A stretch of 64,000 bases of DNA from an uncultured virus (IMG/VR IMGVR_UViG_3300028886_001624) (Duplodnaviria; Heunggongvirae; Uroviricota; Caudoviricetes), in the IMG/VR virus record IMGVR_UViG_3300028886_001624, positions 62,001 to 126,000 of that record. One strand, written 5' to 3'. The notes beneath the pieces are model-generated. The model was not told the DNA's origin. It ran no database searches and saw only the letters and a list, made by a program, of their open reading frames with translations. Positions within the stretch are counted from its first letter, which is position 1, and the number at the start of each line of letters is the position of its first letter. Of this stretch, positions 63,510-64,000 are shown in pieces. Made by a program: the position numbers and the translations under genes.

Positions 63510-64000
63510 TTTTTTTCTTTATTTATTTTATCTTGGTATGAAACTCTTCAGTTCTTCAAAAGAGTGCAGCGTTTTGTTAAAATGGTAGTCCATGTGTGGG
63601 TGTGTTTGTTAAACCGCTAGTCCACCTAGTGTGGCGGTGTGGTGGCTTAGTGTGTTTTAAGATTTTTTTGTCAACTGAGGCGGCAACCTCTGTTATTTCT
63701 TTGGGTAGCGGTGTTCGGGGTTCCGGCCATTCCATGAGATAGTTGACGTTTGACTCTTCCAATCCTCTTGCGGACAAGTTTTCTATGAGTTTATTCATTC
63801 TAAGAGACAAGACATCGTTGAATTTGCAGTGCAAGTTGTGCCAAAACTTATAACCTTGTGGAGTGTGGTCCCAAACAAAGGAGTCGAAAATTATTCTCTC
63901 AAATCTTAAGAAATGTCTAGTGCTGATAATTATCCAAAAGAAGGCAAATATTTTCGGTTTGTGACCGTGTCTAGCACCAAAACAGTAAAAACTCGGATTA

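Noticed and set aside
1..64000. TAG-to-Gln recoding as in Lak phages
   Set aside because: Recognisable genes are uninterrupted in the standard code and several end at TAG at the expected length (for example DHFR); no suppressor tRNA was seen.

Overview
This is an AT-rich segment of a large tailed phage infecting Bacteroidota, probably Prevotella/Bacteroides-like. The host call rests on the TAnnTTTG -7 promoter element in front of most genes, with no Shine-Dalgarno pattern; the genetic code appears standard. Layout: (1) 1-3.1 kb: a tRNA cluster preceded by a candidate leader-peptide attenuator. Its tRNA-Thr is split in the D-loop by an IS607-like TnpB element. (2) 3.2-6.8 kb and 36.6-37.2 kb: one intact and two decayed IS1595-family transposons. 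Each carries a different cargo gene sharing an LTE(S/N)DLH(R/K)IVKESV motif and a GATATTTAT promoter-like element. (3) 7-37.9 kb: accessory genes (HIT, AAA ATPase, DHFR, Zn peptidase, ankyrin protein, CCA-adding enzyme, phosphoesterases, PARG, YqeY pseudogene, paralog arrays). These are interrupted by four counter-oriented BspA-type LRR cassettes. Three carry a poly-G tract, and one of these is frameshifted at the tract (candidate phase variation). (4) About 38 kb: an AT-rich repeat block (possible origin or genome boundary). (5) 41-61.7 kb: an island of small genes, most preceded by a repeated ~70 bp promoter. It contains an orphan TnpB omegaRNA, several tRNA-like ncRNAs with non-canonical arms, candidate antisense sRNAs and a phage sigma factor, and is bracketed by clusters of a 16-18 bp palindrome. 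(6) About 61.8-62.2 kb: a parS-like site, a G-quadruplex-capable tract and A-tract repeats, suggesting a genome end or packaging site. All calls are by eye; no searches or folding programs were run.
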